DNA of 64,000 bases from an uncultured Acetobacteraceae bacterium. GTDB lineage: Bacteria; Actinomycetota; Thermoleophilia; Solirubrobacterales; Solirubrobacteraceae. Below the pieces are notes generated by a model. It saw only the letters and a program-made list of their open reading frames with translations, searched no databases and was not told where the DNA came from. The stretch lies in the NCBI GenBank assembly GCA_964658375.1, contig CAZZYU010000002.1:5282-69281 (forward strand), in the 5' to 3' direction. Below, piece by piece: positions 45,684 through 55,136 of this stretch (position 1 is its first letter; each line of letters opens with the position of its first letter). Both the position numbers and the translations under genes were made by a program.

Positions 45684-46571
45684 CTACATCGGCGTGGCGA
45701 GCCGCCCGAACTTCTCCCGCAGGCGCTGATAGAAGCTCGTCCCCGGGATCTGGGCCAGGGCGCCCTGGTCGGCGACGAACCGGGTCTGCAGCCCCTCCGC
45801 GGCCGCCAGCGTGGAGGTCGGGCGCCCGTCGATGCTGACGTCGACCGGCTCCTCGCGCGAGCGGTTGTCGATCGTCACCTCGTCGTCGGGAGCGACGACG
45901 AGCGTGCGCGCGGTGACCGAGTGGGGCGCGATGAACGACACGACGTAGCCGTGCACGCCCCAGGCCATCACCGGTCCGCCGTTGGCGAGGTTGTACCCCG
46001 TGGAGCCCGCCGGCGTGGCCACCACCAGTCCGTCGCAGCGCACCCGCCCGAACTCGTCGGACCCCACCGAGCAGCCGAGGTCGGCGACCCGGTTGCCCTG
46101 CTGGCGGTGAACCGAGACGTCGTTGAACGCCAGCCAGGTCCCGTTGGCGCCCGACGCCTCGATGGCGGGCAGCGACAGCACCTCGAAGTCGCCGTCGAGC
46201 GCGCGCAGGGCGCCGATGGCGGCGTCCTCGCGGTCGACGGTGGTCAGGAAGCCCATCTCGCCGAAGTTGAAGCCGAACACCGGGACGCCGGTCCCCGCGT
46301 AGGCGCGCAGCGCGCCGAGGACCGTGCCGTCGCCGCCGAGCGCCAGGCAGATGTCGACCGGCGCCCCCGGGGCGGCGTCGCGAATCGCCGCCTGATCGCC
46401 GGCGAGCTCGGTGTGCTTGGCGGTCTCCTCCGGGCCGAAGCGCAGCGTCACGCCGCGCTCGCGGGCGAGCGCCACCAGCCGCGCCAGCGCCTCGGTCGTC
46501 TCCCCCGGCCGGCGGTGGGTGAGCACCTCGGCCACGCGGATCGGCCTCCGCCCGGCGGCTGCGTGAGTCAT
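45684..46571 (-). CDS. nadK: NAD kinase
   Basis: Motifs GGDGTVLGA and ATPAGSTGYNLANGGP. Confidence 0.9.
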   Translation of the reverse strand: MTHAAAGRRPIRVAEVLTHRRPGETTEALARLVALARERGVTLRFGPEETAKHTELAGDQAAIRDAAPGAPVDICLALGGDGTVLGALRAYAGTGVPVFGFNFGEMGFLTTVDREDAAIGALRALDGDFEVLSLPAIEASGANGTWLAFNDVSVHRQQGNRVADLGCSVGSDEFGRVRCDGLVVATPAGSTGYNLANGGPVMAWGVHGYVVSFIAPHSVTARTLVVAPDDEVTIDNRSREEPVDVSIDGRPTSTLAAAEGLQTRFVADQGALAQIPGTSFYQRLREKFGRLATPM

Positions 46572-47374
46572 CCAGCCGGCTCCACCACGGCCGCCGCCCG
46601 CTCGATCCCCTCACGATCCAGCCCCGCCCGTCCGGCCTCGGTCAGCCACACGAACGACTCCCGATTGCCCTTGGGCCCCGGCAGCCCCGAGGACGCGAAC
46701 CCCTGCACGGCGACCCCGAGCCCCACCGCCGCGCCGGCGACCGTCGTCAGCGCGTCGCGCCGCGTCGCCGCCTCGCGCACCACCCCGCCCTTGCCGACCC
46801 GCTCGCGACCGACCTCGAACTGGGGCTTGACCATCGCCAGGCAGTCAAATCGCGCGGCCGCGCACGCGAGCACCGCGCCCAGCAGCTTGGTCAGCGAGAT
46901 GAACGAGACGTCGATCACGATCAGGTCGGGGGCGAACGGCAGCAGCTCGCTCGACAGCGCGCGGGCGTTGCAGCGCTCGATCACCGTCACCCGGGGGTCG
47001 GAGCGCAGCCCCCAGTCGATCTGCCCGTAGGCGACGTCGACCGCGGCGACCCGGGCCGCGCCACGCTGCAGCAGGCAGTCGGTGAAGCCGCCGGTCGAGG
47101 CGCCGACGTCGAGCGCGTCGGCGCCCGCCACCTCCACCCCGAGCGCATCCAGCGCGTTGGCGAGCTTGATCCCGCCGCGCGACACGTAGGCGGGCGCGGG
47201 GGCGACCTGCAGCTCGACGTCGACGCCGACCAGCTGGCCGGGCTTCTCGACGCGCCGGCGCTCGGGACCGAGCGTCACCTCGCCGGCGATCACCGAGGCG
47301 GCGGCCCGGCTGCGCGACGGGAACAGTCCGCGCTCGCAGAGCAGGGCGTCGAGCCGGAGGCGCCGCGGCGTCAC
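46568..47374 (-). CDS. tlyA: TlyA family 23S/16S rRNA (cytidine-2'-O)-methyltransferase
   Basis: S4-like N-terminus (RLDALLCERGLFPSRSRA), SRGGIKL, and SAM motif DVGASTGGFTD. Confidence 0.9.
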   Translation of the reverse strand: MTPRRLRLDALLCERGLFPSRSRAAASVIAGEVTLGPERRRVEKPGQLVGVDVELQVAPAPAYVSRGGIKLANALDALGVEVAGADALDVGASTGGFTDCLLQRGAARVAAVDVAYGQIDWGLRSDPRVTVIERCNARALSSELLPFAPDLIVIDVSFISLTKLLGAVLACAAARFDCLAMVKPQFEVGRERVGKGGVVREAATRRDALTTVAGAAVGLGVAVQGFASSGLPGPKGNRESFVWLTEAGRAGLDREGIERAAAVVEPAG

Positions 47375-47394
47375 GGCGCATACGGTATCCGGAG

Positions 47395-49377
47395 TCAGGC
47401 GGACTGGCGCGTGACGGGGCTGCGGGCGCCGACCGCGGCGGCGACGCGCTCGGCGATCCGCTGGCCGGTGAACCCGACCGCCTCGTGCAGCAGCTTCGGT
47501 GCGCCGTGGGTGACGTACTCGTCGGGCAGGCCGACCCGCATGATCCGCGGCGTCATCCCCGAGTCAGACAGCGTCTCCCAGACCGCCGAGCCGAAGCCCC
47601 CGGCGAGCACGCCCTCCTCGACGGTGACCAGCAGATCGTGCTCGGCGGCCAGCTGGGCGGCCAACGCGACGTCGATCGGCTTGGCGAAGCGGGCATCGGC
47701 GACGGTCGTCTGCACCCCGCGCGCGGCCAGCAGCTCGGCCGCCTCCAGCGCCTTGCCGACCCCGGTGCCATAGCCCAGCAGCGCCACCCGCGCCGCGCCG
47801 GCCGTCGCGGAGCCGGCCTCGCGCAGGATCTCGCCGGTCCCGATCTCCAGCGGCTCGGGGTCTGCGGGCAGCTCGACGCCGATCCCGTTGCCGCGCGGGT
47901 AGCGCAGGGCGATCGGTCCGTCGTCGTAGGTGAGCGCGGTGCGCAGCATGTGCACGAGCATCGCCTCGTCGCGCGGGGCCATGAGCACGATGTTGGGCAG
48001 CGGGCGCAGGTAGGCGATGTCGAACACGCCGTGGTGGGTGGGGCCGTCGTCGCCGACCAGGCCGGCCCGGTCCATCGCGAACACGACGTTGAGCTTCTGC
48101 AGGCAGACGTCGTGGACGATCTGGTCAAACGCGCGCTGCAGGAAGGTCGAGTAGATCGCGGCCACCGGCTTGCAGCCCTGCAGCGCCAGCCCGGCGCAGA
48201 ACAGGATCGCCTGCTGCTCGGCGATGCCGACGTCGTAATAGCGGTCGGGGAGCTCGCGCTGCAGGAGGTTCAAGCCGGTGCCGGAGTTCATCGCCGCGGT
48301 GATCCCGATCACCCGCTCGTCGCGCCGCGCCTCCGCGACGAGCGCCTCGCCGAACACCTGGGTGTAGGCGGGAGCGACGGGCGTCGCCGGCGTCGTGCCG
48401 GTGCCCTGCGGGGCGAGCGTGGCCGGAGCCGGAACGCCGTTGGCGATCGACTTGGGCTTGGCGGCATGCCACTTCTCCATGCCCTCCAGGCCGCCCTCCT
48501 CGGCGGGCGCGAACCCCTTGCCCTTGACCGTCGCGCAGTGCACGACGACGGGACGCTCCGCGGCCAGCGCCTCGCGCAGGGCTCGACGCAGCGCACGCAT
48601 GTCGTGGCCGTCGATGACGCCCATGTAGGCGAAGTCCAGCTCCTCCCACCACATCCCCGGCGCCCAGAACGCCTTGATCGACTCCTTGAAGTGCGGACCG
48701 AAGCGCTCAAACGCGTTGCCGATCCCGGCCGGCAGCTTGGTCAGTCCGTCCTCCACCCCTTCACGCGCGTGCCAGAGCTTGGGCGACAGCCGCACCCGGT
48801 TGAAGTAGCGCGACATGGCGCCCACGTTGGGGGCGATCGACATCCCGTTGTCGTTGAGCACGACGACGATCGGCGTGCCCTCTCCCCCGGCCTGGTGCAC
48901 GGCTTCAAACGCCACGCCCCCGGTGAGCGCGCCGTCGCCGGCGACCGCGACCACCCGTCCGTCGGGTCCATGACCGCGGCGCATCGCCTCCTTGATGCCG
49001 ACCGCGTAGCCGATCGCCGTCGAGGCGTGACCGGCGCCCATGATGTCGTGCTCGGACTCGCCGATCGAGCAGAAGGGGGCCAGGCCGCCGAACTGGCGGA
49101 TCGTCTGCAGCTGATCGCGGCGACCGGTGAGGACCTTGTGGGGATAGGCCTGATGGCCGACGTCCCAGAGGATCTTGTCGTTGGGCGAGTCCAGCAGCGA
49201 GTGCAGCGCGACCGCGATCTCGCAGGTGCCCAGGTTGGCTCCGAAGTGCCCCCCGATCTCGCCGACGGTGTCGATGATGTGCTCACGCACCTCCTGAGCG
49301 ACCTGAGTCAGCTCGTCGTCGGTGAGCGCGTGCAGGTCCGCAGGACCTTCGATGCCGGACAGGAGGTGTGTCATCAA
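47395..49377 (-). CDS. dxs: 1-deoxy-D-xylulose-5-phosphate synthase
   Basis: 660-aa ORF with GHFGANLGTCE, DVGHQAYPHK and GDGALTGG TPP-binding motifs. Confidence 0.95.
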   Translation of the reverse strand: MMTHLLSGIEGPADLHALTDDELTQVAQEVREHIIDTVGEIGGHFGANLGTCEIAVALHSLLDSPNDKILWDVGHQAYPHKVLTGRRDQLQTIRQFGGLAPFCSIGESEHDIMGAGHASTAIGYAVGIKEAMRRGHGPDGRVVAVAGDGALTGGVAFEAVHQAGGEGTPIVVVLNDNGMSIAPNVGAMSRYFNRVRLSPKLWHAREGVEDGLTKLPAGIGNAFERFGPHFKESIKAFWAPGMWWEELDFAYMGVIDGHDMRALRRALREALAAERPVVVHCATVKGKGFAPAEEGGLEGMEKWHAAKPKSIANGVPAPATLAPQGTGTTPATPVAPAYTQVFGEALVAEARRDERVIGITAAMNSGTGLNLLQRELPDRYYDVGIAEQQAILFCAGLALQGCKPVAAIYSTFLQRAFDQIVHDVCLQKLNVVFAMDRAGLVGDDGPTHHGVFDIAYLRPLPNIVLMAPRDEAMLVHMLRTALTYDDGPIALRYPRGNGIGVELPADPEPLEIGTGEILREAGSATAGAARVALLGYGTGVGKALEAAELLAARGVQTTVADARFAKPIDVALAAQLAAEHDLLVTVEEGVLAGGFGSAVWETLSDSGMTPRIMRVGLPDEYVTHGAPKLLHEAVGFTGQRIAERVAAAVGARSPVTRQSA

Positions 49378-50273
49378 TAGCTCCGGGTTGCGATGAAGTC
49401 CGTGATCTGCTGGAGGTCCGCCGCTCCCGCGGGCGCCGCGTCGTGCAGCGCCGCCAGCGCTCGTCCGCGCGACTGCTCGGCCAGGTCACGCGCCCCGTCG
49501 AGGCCGAACTCGGTGACATAGGTGCGCTTTCCCAGCCGCACGTCGGCCCCCTGCTGCTTGCCGAGCGTCTCCTCGGATCCGATCACGTCGAGGATGTCGT
49601 CGACGATCTGAAACAGCAGCCCCAGCTCGGCGGCGAAGGTGCCGAACGCGTCGCGCCGGTCGGCGGTGACGTCGCCGTCGAGCAGCAGCACGCACTCGAT
49701 CGACACCGCGATCAGCTGGCCGGTCTTGAGCTCGTGCAGGCGACGCAGGCCGACGTCGCCCTGGCCGGCGGTCTCGGTCACGTCGATGTACTGCCCGCCG
49801 ACCATCCCCTGGACCCCGGTGGCTCCGGCCAGCCGCGCGGCGGCCGCCAGGATGCAGCGCGGATCGCCGACCTGCTCGGTGAGCAGCAGCTTGAACGCCT
49901 CCGCGTAGAGGGCGTCGCCGGCGAGGATCGCGACATCGTCGCCGAACACCTTGTGGCAGGTCAGCCGGCCGCGGCGCAGGTCGTCGTCGTCCATCGCCGG
50001 CAGGTCGTCGTGGATCAGCGAGTAGGTGTGGATCAGCTCCAGGGCGGCGGCGAGCGGCATCACCGACTCCCGCGCGCGCCCGACCGCCTCGGCGGTGGCC
50101 AGCGCCAGCACGGGACGGATCCGCTTGCCGCCGGCCAGCAGCGAGTAGCGCATCGCCTCCTCCAGGCCGGCGGTGGCGAACTCGTCGGAGAACCGGACGT
50201 CCTCCAGGAAGCGCTCGACCTCCGCGCGCAGATGCTCCGGGTAGACCGGCGGCGACGTCGGCGGGGCCGGCAA
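49374..50273 (-). CDS. ispA: Polyprenyl diphosphate synthase (farnesyl/geranylgeranyl diphosphate synthase)
   Basis: FARM LIHDDLPAMDDDDLRRG and SARM FQIVDDILD. Classical xseB-ispA-dxs context. Confidence 0.85.
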   Translation of the reverse strand: MPAPPTSPPVYPEHLRAEVERFLEDVRFSDEFATAGLEEAMRYSLLAGGKRIRPVLALATAEAVGRARESVMPLAAALELIHTYSLIHDDLPAMDDDDLRRGRLTCHKVFGDDVAILAGDALYAEAFKLLLTEQVGDPRCILAAAARLAGATGVQGMVGGQYIDVTETAGQGDVGLRRLHELKTGQLIAVSIECVLLLDGDVTADRRDAFGTFAAELGLLFQIVDDILDVIGSEETLGKQQGADVRLGKRTYVTEFGLDGARDLAEQSRGRALAALHDAAPAGAADLQQITDFIATRSY

Positions 50274-50275
50274 GC

Positions 50276-50494
50276 TCAGCCCGCCGGCAGGGGGAGCTGG
50301 CCGGGAAGGTCGGGCAGCGGCTCAAGCGCCGCGCGGGCTCGCTGATCGACCTGGGCGCCGGCTTCGACGGCCAGCCGCGCACAGTCCTCGATCGCGGTCA
50401 GCGTCGCGTCGGGGGGGAGCTGACCGTCGCGCAGCAGCTCCGCGGTGCGCTCCAGCTGGGCGCTGAGCTCGGTCAGGGAATCGCTCATCTTCAC
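50276..50494 (-). CDS. xseB: Exodeoxyribonuclease VII small subunit (probable)
   Basis: 72-aa helical ORF (LTELSAQLERTAELLRDGQL...IEDCARLA) in the position immediately upstream of ispA. Confidence 0.6.
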   Translation of the reverse strand: MKMSDSLTELSAQLERTAELLRDGQLPPDATLTAIEDCARLAVEAGAQVDQRARAALEPLPDLPGQLPLPAG

Positions 50495-50586
50495 AAGCCT
50501 ACCGAGCGCCGGGGCGCCCGTCAGCGGACACCGCGCGGCGGGGCTGCGCTGGGGCCGCGGCGAGCGCCGGGTGACCGCCGCCGCCG

Positions 50587-51024
50587 TCAGCGCCGGGCGT
50601 CGAGCGCGGCGTTGACCAGCGCGTCGGCGCCGGCGTTCTGGGCCCGCGGGACGCTGCGGATCGACCAGCGCTCAAAGCCCGCCAGCGCCGCCATCGCCTG
50701 CGCGTGCAGCGGCTTCATCGCCGGGTGCTTGACCTTGTAATGGCCGGTCAGCTGCTTGGCGACGAGCTCGGAGTCGTTGACGAGCTCGATCTCCCGCGCC
50801 TGCAGCGCCGTCGCGCGCTCCAACCCGCGCAGCAGCGCCCGGTATTCGGCGACGTTGTTGGTGGCGGTCCCGATCGTCTCGGCGACCTCCTCCACGAGCT
50901 CCCCGTCGGCGCCGGAGACGACGACGCCGATCGCCGCCGGACCGGGGTTGCCCCGCGCACCGCCGTCGACGTGGATGATCAGCCGGCCGGTGGAGCTCGC
51001 GCCGGCGCCCGCGGCGCCGGTCAA
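50587..51024 (-). CDS. RNase H (RNase HI/reverse-transcriptase-like type) family protein
   Basis: 145 codons with HVDGGARGNPGPAAIG, NNVAEYRALLRGLE and VNDSELVAKQ. The apparent start is TTG 51024, overlapping the upstream stop (TTGA). Confidence 0.8.
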   Translation of the reverse strand: MTGAAGAGASSTGRLIIHVDGGARGNPGPAAIGVVVSGADGELVEEVAETIGTATNNVAEYRALLRGLERATALQAREIELVNDSELVAKQLTGHYKVKHPAMKPLHAQAMAALAGFERWSIRSVPRAQNAGADALVNAALDARR

Positions 51025-51239
51025 TCGCCCGAGGCGGCCAGCGACGGCATCTCGCCGGGCACGCGCGGCCGGCGGCGGTCTCGCACCTCGCGCTTGCCCC
51101 CACCGCCCGACGCACCCCCGCGGCGCGACGAACGTCGCCGATCGACGATCACCGTCACGTTGGGGTCATCGGAGTAGTAGTCGCTGAGCTTGCCGAGCAG
51201 CTCGTCGGCCAGCGCTTCCGGTACGACGCAGTAGATCAC
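51021..51239 (-). CDS. Hypothetical small protein
   Basis: 72-aa ORF MIYCVVPEALADELLGKLSDYYSDDPNVTVIVDRR followed by a basic/Gly tail. Structured N-terminal half. Coupled to the RNase H gene. Confidence 0.5.
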   Translation of the reverse strand: MIYCVVPEALADELLGKLSDYYSDDPNVTVIVDRRRSSRRGGASGGGGKREVRDRRRPRVPGEMPSLAASGD

Positions 51240-51289
51240 TGCCCCACAGCCTATTGGACCTTGGGGTGCAGCGCGTATCGAACGTCCGT

Positions 51290-52105
51290 CTATCCGTCTC
51301 GCTGGGGCATGGCCAGCCGGCCGCGTTCGTCGGCGGTCGCGTTGATCTGGCGCTCGAGCTCGGACAGCTCAGACAGCTCATAGCCCTGCGCGTCGACGCG
51401 CACGGTCGGGACCTCCTCGGAGAGGTCGACCTCGTAGCGGTACCAGCACAGCTCCCACGAGGCGACGACGTTGACGATCGACGCGATCGGGTCGCTGGGG
51501 TGCACCGATACGTCGGGCAGGCCCAGCGAGCGGGTGATACCGGCCATCGTCTTGGGATGATCGGAGCCGTTGAACAGCTCGATCGCGGCGTCGATCTTGT
51601 GCTCGATCGACGTCGGCACGGCGCGCACATGGCGCGGCTCCCGACCGCCCGCGGCCTCGCGGGGAGACGCCTCCTGACGCGCGACGGTTGGAAGCGACCG
51701 CCGGCGCCGGGGCCGGCGCTCGCTGCGCGACGGCGACACGGTCTCATCCATCCACTCCGGCGCGGGGGCGGTCACCTCCGGCGGTGGCACCGGGTCGTCG
51801 AGCAGCGACGGTGGCGGGCCGAGAACCGTGTCGGCCTCCTCGGTCCCGTCGACGCCCCGCCGGCCGCGGCGGCGCCGCAGCAACGACCGGCGCCGGTCCA
51901 CCCGGGCGCCGGACTGCGCGCGGGCGGGCAGCGTGCCCTCACGCACCCAGCCGCCGTGCAGCGCGCGGGAGCTGCACAGCTCGCACACCGAATGACGGGT
52001 GATGCCGGCCAGGTAGATCTCGGCGCGTTCGCCGCGCAGCAGCGTGCGTCCGCACACGTCGCACGAGGTCTGCTGGGTCGATGTGCGAATTGCCCTGGTA
52101 CTCAC
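51290..52105 (-). CDS. Hypothetical protein: N-terminal CxxC...CxxC zinc-ribbon, Arg/Pro-rich linker, conserved-looking C-terminal domain
   Basis: 271-aa ORF with CDVCGRTLLRGE...VCELCSSRA at the N-terminus. C-terminal ~110 aa (IEHKIDAAIELFNGSDHPKTMAGITRSLGLP...WELCWYRYEVDL) are GC3-rich and protein-like. Confidence 0.6.
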   Translation of the reverse strand: MSTRAIRTSTQQTSCDVCGRTLLRGERAEIYLAGITRHSVCELCSSRALHGGWVREGTLPARAQSGARVDRRRSLLRRRRGRRGVDGTEEADTVLGPPPSLLDDPVPPPEVTAPAPEWMDETVSPSRSERRPRRRRSLPTVARQEASPREAAGGREPRHVRAVPTSIEHKIDAAIELFNGSDHPKTMAGITRSLGLPDVSVHPSDPIASIVNVVASWELCWYRYEVDLSEEVPTVRVDAQGYELSELSELERQINATADERGRLAMPQRDG

Positions 52106-52122
52106 AGAAGTCTGCGAGCCTA

Positions 52123-54249
52123 CTACGCGCGGACCTCCGCTCGCTCGGCGTGGGCCTGGCGGGCCACCTTGGAGGCCAGATGGGCGGGCACCTCCTCATA
52201 GCGCGTGAGCTCCATCGAGAACTCGCCCTGGCCGGCGGTCAGCGACCGCAGATCCGGAGCGTAGGCGAGCATCTCCGCCATCGGCACCTCGGCGGTGATC
52301 TCGGTCATGCCGGCGCCGACGGGCTCCATCCCCAACGGATGGCCGCGTCGGGAGTTCAGGTCGCCGATCACGTCGCCGACCGCGTCCTCGGGCACGTTGA
52401 TGGTGGCCAGCATCACCGGCTCCAGCAGCACCGGGGAGGCGTCCTGGAGCGCCTGGCGCATCGCGATCGCGCCGGCGACCTTGAACGCCATCTCCGAGGA
52501 GTCGACCGGGTGATGGGAGCCGTCGTAGACCCGGACGCGGACATCCTTGACCGGGTAGCCGGCGACCACCCCCTCCCGCATCGCCTCCTGCACGCCCTTC
52601 TGCACCGCGGGGATGAACCCCGAGGGGATCACGCCGCCCTTGATCTCGTTGACGAACTCAAACCCCGTCGGGTGCGCTGGGTCCGGTGCGAGCGGCTCGA
52701 TCGCGATGTGGCAGTCGCCGAACTGGCCGCGTCCCCCCGACTGCTTCTTGTGGCGGCCGTGGGCCCGCGCGCTGGCGCGGATCGTCTCCTGGTAGGGGAC
52801 GCGCGGCGGCTTGAGCGTCACCTCGGCGCCGAACCGCGAGCGCAGGCGACCGACGATCACCTCGACGTGCACCTGGGAGAGACCGGCGACGATCTGCTCG
52901 CCGGTCTCGGGGTCGCGGTGCAGGTCGATCGTCGGATCCTCCTCCTGCAGCCGGCGCAGCGCGGAGAACACCTTGTCCTCTTCCCCGGCCGAGCCGTTGC
53001 CCGCCCCCGCGATCGCGAACGCCATGACCGGCGCCGGGAGCGCGATCGACGGCATCGTGAGCGGCTCGCCGTCGGACCGCAACGGGGTATCGCGGGCGGC
53101 CAGCCAGTCTCCGGCCCGCGTCTCCTTGAGCTTGGCCACCGCTCCGATGTCGCCGGGGCCGAACTCCCGCGCATGCTCGGTCTCCGCGCCCGTGAAGCTC
53201 ACCAGCTGACCGATCCGCTCGCGGTGGTGGGTGCGGGTGTTGAGCACCTGGGTGTCGGGGGTCATCGTCCCCTGGTAGACGCGGAACAGGTTGATGCGCC
53301 CGGCAAACGGATCGGCCCGGGTCTTGAACACGTAGGCGAACAGCTCGGCGTCCTCGCGTGCCTCCAGCGTCAGCTCACCGACCTCCAGGCCGCCGTGCTT
53401 GACCGGTGACGGCAGGTCCTGCACGATCGCGTCCAGCAGCCGGTTGGTCGCCAGGTTGCGGGTGGCGACGCCGCAGGTGACCGGGAACAGCGACCCGTGG
53501 TTGGTCCCGTCCTTGAGCGCGGCGACGATCTCCTCGTGGGAGATGGCGTCGCCGTCGAGGTAGCGCTCCATCAGCGCGTCGGAGGTCTCTGAGACCTCGT
53601 CCATGAGCTTGTCGCGGTACTGCTGCGCCCGCTCGCGCTCGGCATCGGGGATCGGGATCTCGGTGCAGTTGTCGCGGGTCGGCGGCGACTCGCTCTCGTA
53701 GCGGTAGGCGACCATGTCGACGAGGTCGATCACGCCCTCGACGTCGTGCTCGACGCCGATCGGGATCTCGGTGGCGACGACGTGGGGTCCGAACGACGTC
53801 TTCAGCGAATCCAGCGTGCGGAAGAAGTCGGCCCGCTCGCGGTCGAGCATGTTGACGAACACCAGGCGGGCGAGGTCCAGCTGCGCGGCGCGCTGCCACA
53901 GCCGGGCGGTGTGCAGCTCCACCCCCATCACCGCGTTGACCACGAACACCGCCGACTCGCAGACGCGCAGCGCGCCGAGGGCGTCGGCGATGAAGCTCGA
54001 GTCCCCCGGGGTGTCCAGGAGGTTGACCGTGCGCTGCTGCCACGCGAAGGAGTGCAGCGCGAGCGAGATCGACATCTGCCGCGCCTTCTCGTCGGGGTCG
54101 GAGTCCGAGACCGTGGTCCCGTCGGCGACGCTGCCCAGACGGCTCACCGCCCCGGCCTGGAACAGCAGCGCCTCGTGCAACGACGTCTTGCCGGCCCCGC
54201 GGTGCCCGACGAGGGCGACGTTGCGGATTCGATCCGGGGCCTGGTGCAT
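52123..54249 (-). CDS. Elongation factor G paralogue (EF-G2-type translational GTPase)
   Basis: G domain IRNVALVGHRGAGKTS, DTPGDSSF, NMLDR, followed by EF-G domains II-V. Confidence 0.9.
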   Translation of the reverse strand: MHQAPDRIRNVALVGHRGAGKTSLHEALLFQAGAVSRLGSVADGTTVSDSDPDEKARQMSISLALHSFAWQQRTVNLLDTPGDSSFIADALGALRVCESAVFVVNAVMGVELHTARLWQRAAQLDLARLVFVNMLDRERADFFRTLDSLKTSFGPHVVATEIPIGVEHDVEGVIDLVDMVAYRYESESPPTRDNCTEIPIPDAERERAQQYRDKLMDEVSETSDALMERYLDGDAISHEEIVAALKDGTNHGSLFPVTCGVATRNLATNRLLDAIVQDLPSPVKHGGLEVGELTLEAREDAELFAYVFKTRADPFAGRINLFRVYQGTMTPDTQVLNTRTHHRERIGQLVSFTGAETEHAREFGPGDIGAVAKLKETRAGDWLAARDTPLRSDGEPLTMPSIALPAPVMAFAIAGAGNGSAGEEDKVFSALRRLQEEDPTIDLHRDPETGEQIVAGLSQVHVEVIVGRLRSRFGAEVTLKPPRVPYQETIRASARAHGRHKKQSGGRGQFGDCHIAIEPLAPDPAHPTGFEFVNEIKGGVIPSGFIPAVQKGVQEAMREGVVAGYPVKDVRVRVYDGSHHPVDSSEMAFKVAGAIAMRQALQDASPVLLEPVMLATINVPEDAVGDVIGDLNSRRGHPLGMEPVGAGMTEITAEVPMAEMLAYAPDLRSLTAGQGEFSMELTRYEEVPAHLASKVARQAHAERAEVRA

Positions 54250-54332
54250 GGCCGTCTCCTCTCTCTCGTACTCCCGGAAAGGGCGACCCTACTCCTGCGC
54301 TGGCGCCGTGGCTACGGCGCGGGGCGACGTTT

Positions 54333-55118
54333 TCAGTCGAACTCGCCGGCGAGCTTTGAGCGCAGCCGCAGCACCGCCTTGGTGTGCAGCTGGGAGACGC
54401 GTGACTCGGTGACCCCGAGCACCTCGCCGATCTCGCGCAAGGTCAGGTTCTCGTAGTAGTAGAGGGCGACGACGAGCTTCTCGCGCTCGGGCAGCGCGGC
54501 GATCGCCTCGGCGATCCGATCCCGCAGCTCGGACTCGTCGATCAGCGCCTGGGGGTCGGGGGCGCCGCTGTCGGGCAGCGTGTCCAGCAGCGACACCTGA
54601 TCGCCGCTGGAATCAGAGACGTTCCACATCTCGTCCAGGGCGACGATCGTCGAGTTGGAGATCTGAACCAGCTGCTCCTGGAAGGCGTCGACCGAGATCT
54701 CCAGCTCCGCGGCCATCTCGTCATCGCTGGGCGCGCGCTGGAGGCGGGCCTCGAGCTTCATGTTGGCGCGCTCGAACTGACGGGCGCGGGCGCGGACTGA
54801 CCGCGGCACCCAGTCCAGCGTGCGCAGCTCGTCGATGATCGCCCCGCGGATCCGGGTGATCGCATAGGTCTCGAACTTGATCTCACGCGTGAGATCGAAC
54901 CGCTCGATCGCCGAGATCAGGCCCCCCAGGCCGTAGGAGATCAGGTCGGCCTCCTCCACGTGGGCCGGCAGGCCCGAGCTCATCCGACCCGCGACGTACT
55001 TGACCAGCGGCGAGTAGGCGACGACCAGACGCTCACGCGCGCGCTCGTCAGCCGTCGCCTTGTAGCGGCGCCACAGCTCTTGAAGCTCGATCGCTTTGAC
55101 GTTCGTTTCCAGTTTCAG
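54333..55118 (-). CDS. FliA/WhiG family RNA polymerase sigma factor (start codon unresolved)
   Basis: Regions 2-4 are present ([52 protein letters not shown]). The first ATG/GTG/TTG is at 54983. The 45 in-frame codons upstream ([45 protein letters not shown]) encode the conserved region 2.1/2.2 and run back to an in-frame TGA at 55119-55121. Confidence 0.8.
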   Translation of the reverse strand: MKLETNVKAIELQELWRRYKATADERARERLVVAYSPLVKYVAGRMSSGLPAHVEEADLISYGLGGLISAIERFDLTREIKFETYAITRIRGAIIDELRTLDWVPRSVRARARQFERANMKLEARLQRAPSDDEMAAELEISVDAFQEQLVQISNSTIVALDEMWNVSDSSGDQVSLLDTLPDSGAPDPQALIDESELRDRIAEAIAALPEREKLVVALYYYENLTLREIGEVLGVTESRVSQLHTKAVLRLRSKLAGEFD

Positions 55119-55136
55119 TCACCCCGACTCTTGCCG

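Noticed and set aside
43959-47030. 1023-aa plus-strand ORF, the longest in that region
   Set aside because: It lies antisense to recN, nadK and tlyA, each of which has unmistakable family motifs on the minus strand. Its translation is Arg/Gly/Pro/Ala-rich with no recognisable domain. This is typical shadow-ORF behaviour of high-GC DNA.
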